A stretch of DNA of 64,000 nt from Candidatus Methanoperedenaceae archaeon (GTDB lineage: Archaea; Halobacteriota; Methanosarcinia; Methanosarcinales; Methanoperedenaceae): assembly GCA_963753595.1 (NCBI GenBank), contig CAVWCX010000007.1:64001-128000 (forward strand), written 5' to 3'. The notes beneath the pieces were generated by a model. It was not told where the DNA came from and searched no databases. It worked only from the letters and a program-made list of their open reading frames with translations. Of this stretch, positions 43,601 to 52,865 are shown piece by piece. Positions within the stretch are counted from its first letter, which is position 1. Each line of letters opens with the position of its first letter. A program made the translations under genes and the position numbers.

Positions 43601-43757
43601 ATAGTGCGGCTATCATCGTTGTTTTAAAGCTTCCGTGCGTCCCGACCCTGTAAGAGAGAGCAGGAAGACCTGGAAGGTTTTCAAGCGAAACAGGGGTCAG
43701 GGCAGTTATACCTTTGCAGCAGCCGCAGGTATCATTAGTCTTGTTCTTGGAATTCAT
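40683..43757 (-). CDS. eCIS baseplate J-like protein with PA14 insertion
   Basis: DVLTFYQERIANE, ANVARATHGETV, FGDGKNGARL and DRIVSLQDFEDF motifs; PA14 at about 42474-42887. Confidence 0.88.
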   Translation of the reverse strand: MNSKNKTNDTCGCCKGITALTPVSLENLPGLPALSYRVGTHGSFKTTMIAALSSLKALGGLTIREDDDPSIALIDAWACVLDVLTFYQERIANEGNLLTAVERSSVIELARAIGYELKPGVAASTFLAFTLDNAPGTPGYATIDTGVKVMSIPGQNEKPQTFETIEKIEARAAWNELKPRLTEKKIPVMGSKEVYLKSTATRLKPGDGLLFMGKYPGSDPNFRIVKAVTADIAAGCTQATWNKELTTTEEELKIYAFRLRASIFGYNAPDWRTMPANVKKNYINPSNSDTGLYAEYFNNINPNVVSPKVIKRETQVNWQGTSSPDLAVNFNNFSARWTGFVKPEFTGIYTFYTQSDDGTRLWVDGKLIINNWTDHGSTKDSATISLVKGQIYDIKLEYYHIGIGEGIIKLSWQTPDNKNEIIPEANLYRPDFYQKYDEWPGFKISQDKKNIFLDAVYQQILPDSWLILSSPYYKEPYIIKNVVEDSQSNFTLTGKTTRVTLHEEISDNFDNLRQTIVFAQSEQLDIAETPRTDLLSGNEIELGNLVSGLDKGKILIISGKRMRALVTRAGLELVSSDGERVKTIRPGDVLQVLEPQVEIGTDLRWTLMDRDGFTGSVTALHDSILQMPAAPQDTAVSEAAELEGISETGTILVLKQRMQNCYDPATVTIYANVARATHGETVREVLGSGSGARANQHFMLKKPLTYVSAKTPSGTESTIEVRVNDVKWQEVPSLYGLDARIQGHIIRIDDNGNTTLTFGDGKNGARLTSGQENITATYRTGIGMQGMVKANQLSLLMTRPLGVKGVINPLAPTGAADPETRDQAKQNAPQKVLTLDRIVSLQDFEDFTRAFAGIGKARAAWLRDGEVHFVHITVASADAGMVDKMSELYKNLWLGIKGAKDPVQQFRIDSFNPLFFNLSASVQVDSRYIKEKVLVAITDVLKQAFSFEQRSFGQAVTESEVLAVMQGVEGVIAVDLNALYLKGDMPALKAYLGAGIASLDNSRQILAELLTVNPGGIELTEMRL

Positions 43758-46696
43758 AAGCCACCATCCATGTTAAAATCAATTTTGCCGTTTTCAGGAA
43801 AGTTAGGGTCATTATCGAGCCTTATTACTTCAAGTGTCCCCGGTATCAGGACCCCGTTTTCTATCTCATGGACAGGCAGTTTGCCCCAGCGCTGGAAAAG
43901 CGTCACTTTAACCCATGCTACACCTGCAACTCCCATGGCCGCTTCATACATGCGGCTTAGATATACGGGCTGGCTGAAGGTGAAATTATCGGGGTGGAAG
44001 AAACCGCGCCTGCCGTTTACGAGTTCATGGTTACTGAAAGCGAGAAGTAAGGATTGTTTGACATTGCTTCGGAAGTATCCGGGTTTGACACAGACGTTCA
44101 TTGCGATCTCAAGGGGCACGTAAATCGGGCTGTTAATCTCAATATCATAACCAGCTATCCTGTATTGATCCAGGAAAGTCAGCATTTTTTTCTTGAAATC
44201 ATCATTTACATCGCCTCCGCCTTTTCTGTCGATCGTGACAAATGCCGTATGCCAGCTCCCGGTCCAACGGATGTTCGCTATGGCTTTTTGAACTCCGGGA
44301 TGCTTTTGTGCCATCTCTTCATAATCTGCCTCGGTAACAGCCCGTTCCTGGGTACGGAATGCCTGCGGGGCATAGAGGCGCACCTGTTCCATCGGTTCAG
44401 GGTCAGTGCCGCCAGATGCGGGCAGAGGATTACGCACGCGATTTATGCCGCCACCTTTTATGGCAATACGGGAAATAGCCCCTGTGCCAACATTACCTGC
44501 CCTGCCGTTCCCGATCCTGTAAGTTGCTTTGAATGTGGAACCTTCAATGGGCATTTCGCCCAATATATTATCGCCAAAGCGAAGGTAGGAAAAGCCATCC
44601 AGCTCATTCTCAACTACGAACTCAGCAGCAAATTTGTCACTGGCGAGCAAATCATATTGCACAGACCACTTCGTCGCTTCATTGTTTTTGTCTTTGCTTA
44701 CAAGGTTAATTGCAGGAATAGCTTTTCGTATGTCCCTGAGCATAGCAGAAACGGCAGGTTTCTTTAGATCGGTATCCAGGTTAAACTGTTCACGGTATGT
44801 CAGAGGTCCGGAAATGAGCCTTGGACAGTATGAACCTTTTTCGGGCACCAGATCAGGCACCATGGCTTCAGTAACGGTGCGCCCGTGGTCAACCAGAACC
44901 GCATTTCCCCGCGCAACGGCTATATCTGAGATGCGACTGTCTTTAATGGGGGCTGAAATACACAGGGGAAAGGGAAGGGCATCGTCTTCATGCCATTTAA
45001 TTTCCACAACTGGCGTATTATCCAGGGGGTCTTTCATTTTAGTTACTTTGGTCAGGCGGACCGCATGACGGTGGGAGGGATCTGCATCTTTCCCGGTCGT
45101 CGGGCTGCATACTTCTTCAAATACCAGGACATCCCCTGCATTAAGGAATAATTCATCGATATCAAATAAAGTCGCCTGCGTACTGCCGCGCGGCAGGCAG
45201 CATGCGGTATCGTTCCATGTATAAAACCTGATACGATTGTGGGCGCTGTACAATGTCACAGGATACATAGTCTCGAACACCGTGACGTCACCTGTCAAAA
45301 AAGACCTGAGTTTGTCAGGATCAACTACGGCAGCTTTATCAGAACCGCGTGTAAGAAGGATCGTGCCCTTTGGCAGAGGTCTGCCATATACATTAAGTAG
45401 TCCGCTCTCTTTTTTTATCTGGAGGCTGTAAGTTTGATTATCATCTATTTTTAATATCGCATTTTCTTCACTTTTATCAAGCGTAATCTCTACTGATTTT
45501 CCATAGCTAATGATACTGATAATTTTATTATCCTTTGATATACTGATCGTTGCATTTTTTGCCCATTCGATGCCAAGGACATCCATAAGGAAATTCAGTA
45601 CCCTGCTTTTATCCTTTCCGATTGCGCTGTCCCAGTTAAACCAGTATGCTTTGCCATCTATTGCCTTGTACTCATCAACCTCCAGGCATACCCAGGCACG
45701 CGCATTGCAGCCTTCGTGCATGAAATAATCAAGTAGCCTAGCATGGCGCCGCAAAGATATCCTTTTGCGGGCAGTGCCAAGATACGCATCAGTGGCGACA
45801 GCATCCTGGAAATAGCTCAGGTTATCGCCTACATATGCAAGCATTTCCACCAGCGCAACCTGGAGGTCGGCAGGGTTTCGCTCTCTCCAGTCAGGCATGA
45901 TGACGCTTAACCTGTCCAGCATGAGGCGACGGAAGCTGGCATAATCCTTGGCAAGATAATCTATCTCAGGTTCTGGCAGTTTTTCCGGAGGACATTCACT
46001 TTGCGGCTTGCAGTCAAATTCAGCAGGGCATTTGACCTTGAACGAGAAGTCCACATGCGATAACTGTGGATCAAAGCCGTCGGGCGGCGATAGGTCGGTT
46101 TTTGATTTAACTATACGGAGCGTATATTTTGAAAAATCCCCAAGACTGTTTACTGTAACATTAACAATTTTACCTTCCTGATTAACGGGTTCCATGGGGC
46201 CCACTTCTACGTTCTTGATCCTTACGCCTCCTTCGATAACCACATTGGCTTCCGTTAGCTCCTTGCCTCTTAGGGGAACTGAAAGAGGGAAAATGAAATG
46301 AACCTCTAACGTGCTCTTTCCAGTTTCTCCGTCAACTTTTACCTCAAGGTAATCAATCCCGTTAATCGTCGGAGTGTATATGTTCAGAGTGCCATTTTCC
46401 ATCTTCGCATTGAGTTCAGAGGTTCCATCGCCACCGATTTTGAGGATCACTTTAGTGCTATCATCATTAAGTTCCAGAGAAACAGAATTTGTACCAGTAG
46501 ATACATTTATGGTCTTACCATCGATTTTTTTAATGTTTGCTTTTGTTACCCAATCAAGATCAAAAATTTGTTTTAGACAGTCTATAAGTTTAACATTATC
46601 GTTTCTTAGAATATCATCCCAGCTAAACAAATACGTCAGGTGACTGGCAACTGCCTGGCGTCTGCCCTCTTTATTGCAGCGGTATTGTGTACCCAT
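43754..46696 (-). CDS. eCIS baseplate J-like protein with two ~86-aa inserts
   Basis: NGIDYLEV, IDYLAKDYASFRRLMLDR, YRIGNG and QERAVTEADY motifs. Confidence 0.88.
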   Translation of the reverse strand: MGTQYRCNKEGRRQAVASHLTYLFSWDDILRNDNVKLIDCLKQIFDLDWVTKANIKKIDGKTINVSTGTNSVSLELNDDSTKVILKIGGDGTSELNAKMENGTLNIYTPTINGIDYLEVKVDGETGKSTLEVHFIFPLSVPLRGKELTEANVVIEGGVRIKNVEVGPMEPVNQEGKIVNVTVNSLGDFSKYTLRIVKSKTDLSPPDGFDPQLSHVDFSFKVKCPAEFDCKPQSECPPEKLPEPEIDYLAKDYASFRRLMLDRLSVIMPDWRERNPADLQVALVEMLAYVGDNLSYFQDAVATDAYLGTARKRISLRRHARLLDYFMHEGCNARAWVCLEVDEYKAIDGKAYWFNWDSAIGKDKSRVLNFLMDVLGIEWAKNATISISKDNKIISIISYGKSVEITLDKSEENAILKIDDNQTYSLQIKKESGLLNVYGRPLPKGTILLTRGSDKAAVVDPDKLRSFLTGDVTVFETMYPVTLYSAHNRIRFYTWNDTACCLPRGSTQATLFDIDELFLNAGDVLVFEEVCSPTTGKDADPSHRHAVRLTKVTKMKDPLDNTPVVEIKWHEDDALPFPLCISAPIKDSRISDIAVARGNAVLVDHGRTVTEAMVPDLVPEKGSYCPRLISGPLTYREQFNLDTDLKKPAVSAMLRDIRKAIPAINLVSKDKNNEATKWSVQYDLLASDKFAAEFVVENELDGFSYLRFGDNILGEMPIEGSTFKATYRIGNGRAGNVGTGAISRIAIKGGGINRVRNPLPASGGTDPEPMEQVRLYAPQAFRTQERAVTEADYEEMAQKHPGVQKAIANIRWTGSWHTAFVTIDRKGGGDVNDDFKKKMLTFLDQYRIAGYDIEINSPIYVPLEIAMNVCVKPGYFRSNVKQSLLLAFSNHELVNGRRGFFHPDNFTFSQPVYLSRMYEAAMGVAGVAWVKVTLFQRWGKLPVHEIENGVLIPGTLEVIRLDNDPNFPENGKIDFNMDGGL

Positions 46697-47056
46697 TTAC
46701 ATCACTCTCTTAAATTCATCGACATTGCTTTGCTGGTTACTTCTGACCTTATACCGCACTTTAACGCTCACCGTACTGTCCTCGCCTGTAACCTGTACAT
46801 CTTCGACCAGGATCAAATCCCCAAGCCACTGCTGTAAAGCACCCTGTACAGTCAGTTGCACGGCTGCTGTCAGCATGTCGCTATTGGGAGCAAAGACAAG
46901 CTGCAATAAGCCGCTCCCGAAAGTTGGGCGGTTGACCCGTTCGCCGGGTGAAGTGAACAGCACCTGCTCAATAAGATCGCGGATGTGCTTGGTGTCATCA
47001 GCACTGGCAGTACGCCCGCGGCCATCGAAATGGAATGGATAGTCTATGTTCATCAA
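46697..47056 (-). CDS. GPW/gp25 baseplate protein (Afp9-like)
   Basis: IEQVLFTSPGERVNRPTFGSGL motif. Confidence 0.92.
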   Translation of the reverse strand: MMNIDYPFHFDGRGRTASADDTKHIRDLIEQVLFTSPGERVNRPTFGSGLLQLVFAPNSDMLTAAVQLTVQGALQQWLGDLILVEDVQVTGEDSTVSVKVRYKVRSNQQSNVDEFKRVM

Positions 47057-47376
47057 ATCCCCTTGACTCGCATCTGGTTAACTATAATATTCAACCCTGT
47101 ACCTGTTGGAACACAGACTGCCTGGCTGTCCTGCAGAAGTACAGGCATTCCACCTGCCTTCACGCGTATCGCTGCGGTTACCCACTGGGCTGTCACGCAT
47201 GGTCCGGTGCCCGCCGGTGGCACGAATGGACACCCGACAATCGTATAAGTGCTCATTTGGGTCACAACCGGCTGGCTGTTTACTTTTACGCGCGGGTTAG
47301 AAACGACCGGCTGCGCCTGCCCGGAATGCATACACATCACCGTAGCGCTGGAATGGAGAAGATAACCCGGCATCAT
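47053..47376 (-). CDS. PAAR-like (DUF4280) spike tip
   Basis: CMHSG...VGCPF...PCVTAQW...GGMPVLL motifs. Confidence 0.8.
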   Translation of the reverse strand: MMPGYLLHSSATVMCMHSGQAQPVVSNPRVKVNSQPVVTQMSTYTIVGCPFVPPAGTGPCVTAQWVTAAIRVKAGGMPVLLQDSQAVCVPTGTGLNIIVNQMRVKGI

Positions 47377-48023
47377 GTCACCTCCAGTGCGCCATTGTTT
47401 ATTGTTACCTGCGATCCTGACATCTTGATACTTGCTCCCTGCCCGTTGGTTATCTCAATGCCACTTGAGCTTATCACCATCTTCTGTCCACCCGATGTCT
47501 CAAGCTTGATTTCCTGCCCATTGGTTATCTGGATGCCATTTGAGTCTATGACTATCTTCTGTCCCCCTGATGCCTCAATCTTGATTACCTGCCCTTTGGT
47601 TATCTCGATGCCATTTGAATCCATGACTATCTTCTGTCCTCCTGATGTTTCAAGGGTGATCCCTCCGGAGCCGGATGTATCGTCCAGCAGGATACTGTGG
47701 CCGCTCTCGGTCTTGAGCATCACTTTTTTATAAGGTTCTGAAAGTAGCACCGGCGGCATTTCGGCAGAAGAGCCCCACCAGCATCCTGACCATATCGGAT
47801 AGTCCGGGTCGCCGTGCTCAAATTCTATCCAGACACCCGCATCTGTAACAGGAAGCGCAAAAAAGCCCATGGCTTTGCCGCCAAAAGGCGCGCACGGCAT
47901 CGCCCAGCCGCTCTCCTGGTCGCCCAGTACATCGGGCACCTTTGCACATATCCTCCCTATCATTAGCGGGTCTTTATTATCAGTCACAATACCTCGATAT
48001 TTTCCATAGAAAGTATTACTCAT
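47373..48023 (-). CDS. Baseplate assembly protein V / gp5-like spike
   Basis: YGKYRGIV.DN.DP, WAMPC and VWIEFEHGDPDYPIW motifs; three 25-aa beta-helix repeats. Confidence 0.9.
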   Translation of the reverse strand: MSNTFYGKYRGIVTDNKDPLMIGRICAKVPDVLGDQESGWAMPCAPFGGKAMGFFALPVTDAGVWIEFEHGDPDYPIWSGCWWGSSAEMPPVLLSEPYKKVMLKTESGHSILLDDTSGSGGITLETSGGQKIVMDSNGIEITKGQVIKIEASGGQKIVIDSNGIQITNGQEIKLETSGGQKMVISSSGIEITNGQGASIKMSGSQVTINNGALEVT

Positions 48024-49156
48024 GGTCGTACAACCGGCAGTAAAGCGCCGGTTCCCTCCTTGCTGATCTTGAAGTCTTGTTTATAAGTTGCACTTTTTTG
48101 GGGGCTGCCAAGCTCGATTATGTGTTTGATGCTTCGCACGTAATAGTTGCCGTTATAGGAAAAACCAACCCCACGGACACCCACCAGTTTGCGGGCGCGC
48201 AGCACGTAGCCGTAGCGCAACGTATCGAGTTCTCCATCACCAGTAACCGCTTCATGTGCGCCAGTCACAGCGGCGACTGCGCTTGTGGATGCCTGTGCAG
48301 GGTTCTGGTTAGCTGTGTCTCTCAATATCATAATACGTTTTGCCTCCATTGGATTTGCTGCAAGCGGCGGTATGCGCAGTGACGGAAGCGTCGGGATCGG
48401 GATACTTACCTTTGTTTTAGGTTCGACAAAAGCCCCTTTGGTGCCAACAGGTGAAAGTGCGTCCTGCGAAAAGCGAAGTGAATTAACATTTGTCCACGAG
48501 CCCATGTTCATCGTCAGGGCAGGCTGTGGAATGCCCAGGCGGTTATCCGGACCCCAGTATGCGGTGTTCGAGCCGAAGGTTAGCGGCTCGATATAGAATA
48601 TAAAGCCGTTGCGTTTCGCGAGGCGCTTGATGAACTTCAGGTCAGTCTCATGCTGGCGCGGGATGCGTTCTGTAACGATTGGCACATCCGTGGTTGGCGT
48701 TATAGCCGGTACCAGCCCGTATTGCGCGTAAGAACCGATCAGTTGCGTTACTATCAGGGAATCAGTCTGGTTTTCGTACTTCTCGTTTTTCTGCTCAAGG
48801 TCAAGCATCTGGCTGACATCTTTGCCTGTAACAACGAGTGTAGACGTCCCGGGCTCGTTTCCTGGCAGTATCTGGTGATGTGCGATCACACCATCTATTA
48901 GAACTTCAGGAGTTGCGCCCAGTATTACCCCGATCATTACCCTGGTATAAGGCTCAATAATTCCGCTTTGAAGAATTCCGTAATCCATGGTTTTATCTTT
49001 GCCAAGGCTGAAAGTCATCTGGAAGCCGTCGCCATTTTCATCATCATTGGTTACTTCGACTTTGAGGAGTGAGTCCAGCACTTCGGATGGAGCGGGCTGC
49101 GGTATGGTTTTTCCCATCCACAGTACAAGACGCACACCAAGAATGCTTGCTAACAT
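48020..49156 (-). CDS. Late control D / gp27-like hub
   Basis: VTGKDVS.MLD, ETDLKFIKRLAKRNGF and YNGNYYVRSIKH motifs. Confidence 0.82.
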   Translation of the reverse strand: MLASILGVRLVLWMGKTIPQPAPSEVLDSLLKVEVTNDDENGDGFQMTFSLGKDKTMDYGILQSGIIEPYTRVMIGVILGATPEVLIDGVIAHHQILPGNEPGTSTLVVTGKDVSQMLDLEQKNEKYENQTDSLIVTQLIGSYAQYGLVPAITPTTDVPIVTERIPRQHETDLKFIKRLAKRNGFIFYIEPLTFGSNTAYWGPDNRLGIPQPALTMNMGSWTNVNSLRFSQDALSPVGTKGAFVEPKTKVSIPIPTLPSLRIPPLAANPMEAKRIMILRDTANQNPAQASTSAVAAVTGAHEAVTGDGELDTLRYGYVLRARKLVGVRGVGFSYNGNYYVRSIKHIIELGSPQKSATYKQDFKISKEGTGALLPVVRP

Positions 49157-49165
49157 AGAATCCTT

Positions 49166-49468
49166 TTACATGAACGGCAGATTGATCTTTATCCGGCTGC
49201 CGCTCTGGGCCGTAAGCTCATCCGGATCCAGGATAAGATTGGCATCGCAGACCCTCCAGAACAGGGTGGGGTCGCCCAGGTAGAGCGCCGTGATATTATC
49301 GAGCCGCTCCCCCTGTATAACTGTGTGTTCAACAAGTGTGGTCGTTCCCTCTGATGACGGGATAAAGCGGCGGCGCTTGTAAACAATCATGCGCTCTTTG
49401 CCGTCGCTGTCTTTTACAGTGATGGTCGCATTGTTTATTTTGAAATAACGGCTGTTGGTATCGAACAT
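49166..49468 (-). CDS. LysM / tail X-like protein
   Basis: HTVIQGERLDNITALYLGDPTLFWRVCDAN motif. Confidence 0.85.
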   Translation of the reverse strand: MFDTNSRYFKINNATITVKDSDGKERMIVYKRRRFIPSSEGTTTLVEHTVIQGERLDNITALYLGDPTLFWRVCDANLILDPDELTAQSGSRIKINLPFM

Positions 49469-49473
49469 AATAT

Positions 49474-50121
49474 TTATAAACCTCCTAATAGTGAAGACGA
49501 TGCTGAAATATTGCCGACGCTGCCTATGGTTGCCATTACTTCTTTGGCTACCTGGTGCGCCATGAACAGCGAGCCGCCAAAGCTTTTCATTCCCAGGTCC
49601 TGGTAATTAAGTACGCGCAGGGTCAGTTTGACTTTGGCATGTATGGGATTCAATTTAGGGTCGAAACTTTCTTCGGTGATGACGAACTGGGTAATACGCA
49701 CAGGAAGAACCCGCTTTACTCCCCACGCGAATAAGGTCAGCGGCGCCTCAGGCGGCATTATTTCGATAACGCCAAGAGAGGACAATACTTCATTGGCAAT
49801 AACCAGCGCAGACTTTGGATACAGCAGCATTTCAAGCGACGCCAGCGCAGGATAGATGCCCATTGAAGTGGCAGTGCTTTCTGCCTTCTCAAGCTGGTCT
49901 GCGGCATCAATGACAAGGTCAAGAGTAATGTCTTCTTCAGGCGGGCCGTTCAGGCGCAGTGCTTCGCCCTTATTCGTACCTCCGGTAGCCTGCATCTTAA
50001 GTGTACGTGAAAGCGTTACAGGATTATACTGGAACACTACCACGCTTGCCAGCGGGTTTATCGGGTCAAGCCCGATCAAGGCACCTTTTTGCAGGCGCGG
50101 GGATCCGGGGAATGTGGTCAT
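49474..50121 (-). CDS. eCIS tube-initiator-like protein (Afp7 N-terminal part)
   Basis: FQYNP, WG.KRVLPVRIT and EESFDPKLNPI motifs; upstream of LysM. Confidence 0.75.
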   Translation of the reverse strand: MTTFPGSPRLQKGALIGLDPINPLASVVVFQYNPVTLSRTLKMQATGGTNKGEALRLNGPPEEDITLDLVIDAADQLEKAESTATSMGIYPALASLEMLLYPKSALVIANEVLSSLGVIEIMPPEAPLTLFAWGVKRVLPVRITQFVITEESFDPKLNPIHAKVKLTLRVLNYQDLGMKSFGGSLFMAHQVAKEVMATIGSVGNISASSSLLGGL

Positions 50122-50234
50122 GGTTGGGTACTCCTTTTTGTGATTTTATTAAAATGTTCGTAAAAATTTCATCAGTCGTTATCATATTTACCATTGTTTG
50201 GTGCATGGAATGCACCTACCTCGCTACAATGGCC

Positions 50235-52865
50235 TTAATCCCATTCAAACTTTAAGTGCTCCAACTTTTTTGATATTTTGGGGCCATGAGTGAGGACATC
50301 AGGATTCTTTCGGATGATTTGTCCTAGCTCTTGAAGAACCTTGGTAATACGTTGTTTGGCTTGCTCGCGTGTGAGGCCGGGAGGTGCACCATCCCATAAA
50401 AGCCTATTCACCCATGCTTTGTAATCCTCATGGTGGCCTTTCATATAATATTTGTAATTGCCTTTTTCCCAATCATACCATCCCCGCAACTGCCCGTGTT
50501 CTTCGAAGTCTAATATTTTGTTTAGTTCGATATCCATGTCCATACCAGCCTTCTTAAACATCTCTTTACTTTTGTTGTCGTAGAGTGAGGCAATATGGTG
50601 ATCTTCTGCCAAACTGACTCCAGCCCTCTTTCTATCTATAGGTTCAAAATCAGGCAGGTCCTCAAAACCTTCTGGTGGTGTCGGTTCGGATACTGCCGTA
50701 ACTTCCGATGGTGATTTTTTAGGCATCTTTTTATTTTCAGGAACTTCCGGGTATTTGATATTTCCACCACGCTGCTTGAATTGTTCAATCGTTTCCTTGC
50801 CTTTGCCACCCATTCCTGATGGACAGGAAACTTTAGCGTGTGGAGGCGACGAGTGTAATTCGCAACCAATACCTAAAGGCAAGTCCGGGTCTGGTACTTC
50901 AACAATCTCATGGCCATCACCGACAGATGCACGCTGATGCCCAGGTTCGCCCTTAATCACATTGGGATTTTCCTCGACGAATTTCACCGCATCAGCTTGT
51001 GGTTTTGCAATCGGGGGCTCTTTCGGCGGTGTCATCTCAACTTGTGGTTTTTTCGGTGCTACCACATCAATATTGGGCTCTTTGGGAACCATTGAATCCG
51101 CATGTGGCCTATTCCCTGGAGCTTCAATATGAGGTGCTTTAGTAGCAGGTGGTATATGAGGTGCCGGAATATGCGGAGCAGGTGTTCTTACGGGTAATGG
51201 AACATCAATTGGCAGTTTTGCAGCGGCATCCTCAGCACCACTGAACAGTTTCTTTAACATCGCGATCAAATCGTCAAAAATGCTACCCGCTTCACCGATA
51301 AAATCTTCGAAACCTTTCAGCAACGAACGCCCCACCTTAACAAGCCCAGCCTTAATTGTTTCTACCACGCCGCGAATTTCAGCAATGATCGTCCCTAGTT
51401 CACTTGCAATAAATCTGACGCCCTTCATCAGGGTTGGTGCCACTTTATCCAAAACTTGTCCAACCTTTGTCAGCGCATTGCCAATCCCCCCTGAGAAGAC
51501 AGCCATAATTACTTCGATAAGTACCGTTCCGACAACCGTTCCTACGCCTTCCCCTATTTTCCCCCAAGGTTTCTCCAAGAAATCGAAGATCGCTTGACCT
51601 GCCTTGTGCCCGCCTGTTTTCGCAAGCTCGAAAACGCCTCCTGAAATGGCGCCCATGAGTTGGCCAACAAATTCCATCGCGTTATTTCCAATTCCGCCTA
51701 AAAACGCTTTCAATTTGCCTCCCAGTTTTGAGAAGCGGTCGATGAGACTGCCCTGCATCGTGGCGATTTCATGGAAGTTTTGAATAACATTGGCAATAGT
51801 CTGTATCTGCCATTGCTGCAATTTCCAGGCGAGCTTCACGATGTCGATTAAACCTTGAATTGGGCTCCAGAGTCCCTGAAGAATGCCCCACAGATAGCCT
51901 TTTCCATATTCCATCATGTCTCCAGGGCTTCTTACGAGTTTCTTTACCTTGTCTATAAATTTCTCGCCCTTACCTTCCTTGACCTGATGCCGAATTTCGG
52001 TATAAAACCCTGTAAAACCTCCTTTTATGACGGGCCTAAGTGACGGCATTCCAACGGTTGCACCCAATGAAAGACCCTCAATGACGATTGACTCCCCTAA
52101 ACCAAGTGACTCATCGCGCTGTTTATTATCATCAGTCGATATTTCCTCCCTCTGAATGTATTTAACCGAAGTACGACCAATGTCATTTTCCCTGCCGGCA
52201 ACCAGAGTATTATGAGTTACAGGGGATAGACTATGTTTTTCATCGCTTTGATCGAGACGACCTCCATATGTACCCGACTGCTGTACCACGTGTGTCAGCT
52301 CATGTGCAATCAGGCGCTTCCCCTCAAGCGTCCCGGGTGCGAACCGACCTGCACCAAATACAATGTTGTGTCCCACCGTGTAAGCATGGGCGTTCACATC
52401 CCGCGCCGATTGCTCGGCATTTGCATCGGAATGCACCCTCACCTGGGTAAAGTCGTGGCCAAAGTGTTGCTCCATATCCTGCCGTAGCGCCGGCTCCAGT
52501 AGCCTGCCGGGACTGGCAAGGGCCTGGTTTACACTGGCGGGCATGGTCGTCGTCTGCACATCCGGTTGCCCCGCGAAGCGCTGGATGCGTGGTGGGGCGC
52601 CGCTAACGGCGTGATGCGCCGGCGCTGCCATCACCTGATCAGCCATGCGGTCCGCTTCCCGTTCGTAGATATCCCCTGGCGCGTTAACCACAAGTTTGGT
52701 TTGCAGACCAAATCGCTTATTTTTGCTGCATTCCGCACACACACCACCCGCCATCGTGTGATTTCCGCAGGCGCATTTGCGTTGCAGGGAGCCGATTCGA
52801 AAAGGTGTGAAGCCAGATGTTGATGCCGATGTGTTTTTCACCCGTGCCTGAAGTTGCAGGCTCAT
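50235..52865 (-). CDS. DUF4157 (eCIS core) protein with putative C-terminal nuclease toxin
   Basis: LQRKCACG, DFTQVRVH, AYTVG and LIAHELTHVVQQ motifs; hydrophobic helices; C-terminal EDHHIA...H...GHH.DY. Confidence 0.82.
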   Translation of the reverse strand: MSLQLQARVKNTSASTSGFTPFRIGSLQRKCACGNHTMAGGVCAECSKNKRFGLQTKLVVNAPGDIYEREADRMADQVMAAPAHHAVSGAPPRIQRFAGQPDVQTTTMPASVNQALASPGRLLEPALRQDMEQHFGHDFTQVRVHSDANAEQSARDVNAHAYTVGHNIVFGAGRFAPGTLEGKRLIAHELTHVVQQSGTYGGRLDQSDEKHSLSPVTHNTLVAGRENDIGRTSVKYIQREEISTDDNKQRDESLGLGESIVIEGLSLGATVGMPSLRPVIKGGFTGFYTEIRHQVKEGKGEKFIDKVKKLVRSPGDMMEYGKGYLWGILQGLWSPIQGLIDIVKLAWKLQQWQIQTIANVIQNFHEIATMQGSLIDRFSKLGGKLKAFLGGIGNNAMEFVGQLMGAISGGVFELAKTGGHKAGQAIFDFLEKPWGKIGEGVGTVVGTVLIEVIMAVFSGGIGNALTKVGQVLDKVAPTLMKGVRFIASELGTIIAEIRGVVETIKAGLVKVGRSLLKGFEDFIGEAGSIFDDLIAMLKKLFSGAEDAAAKLPIDVPLPVRTPAPHIPAPHIPPATKAPHIEAPGNRPHADSMVPKEPNIDVVAPKKPQVEMTPPKEPPIAKPQADAVKFVEENPNVIKGEPGHQRASVGDGHEIVEVPDPDLPLGIGCELHSSPPHAKVSCPSGMGGKGKETIEQFKQRGGNIKYPEVPENKKMPKKSPSEVTAVSEPTPPEGFEDLPDFEPIDRKRAGVSLAEDHHIASLYDNKSKEMFKKAGMDMDIELNKILDFEEHGQLRGWYDWEKGNYKYYMKGHHEDYKAWVNRLLWDGAPPGLTREQAKQRITKVLQELGQIIRKNPDVLTHGPKISKKLEHLKFEWD

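Noticed and set aside
45386-46633. Inteins as the explanation for the ~86-aa inserts
   Set aside because: No Cys/Ser start, no His-Asn end with a following nucleophile, and too short for a Hint fold.
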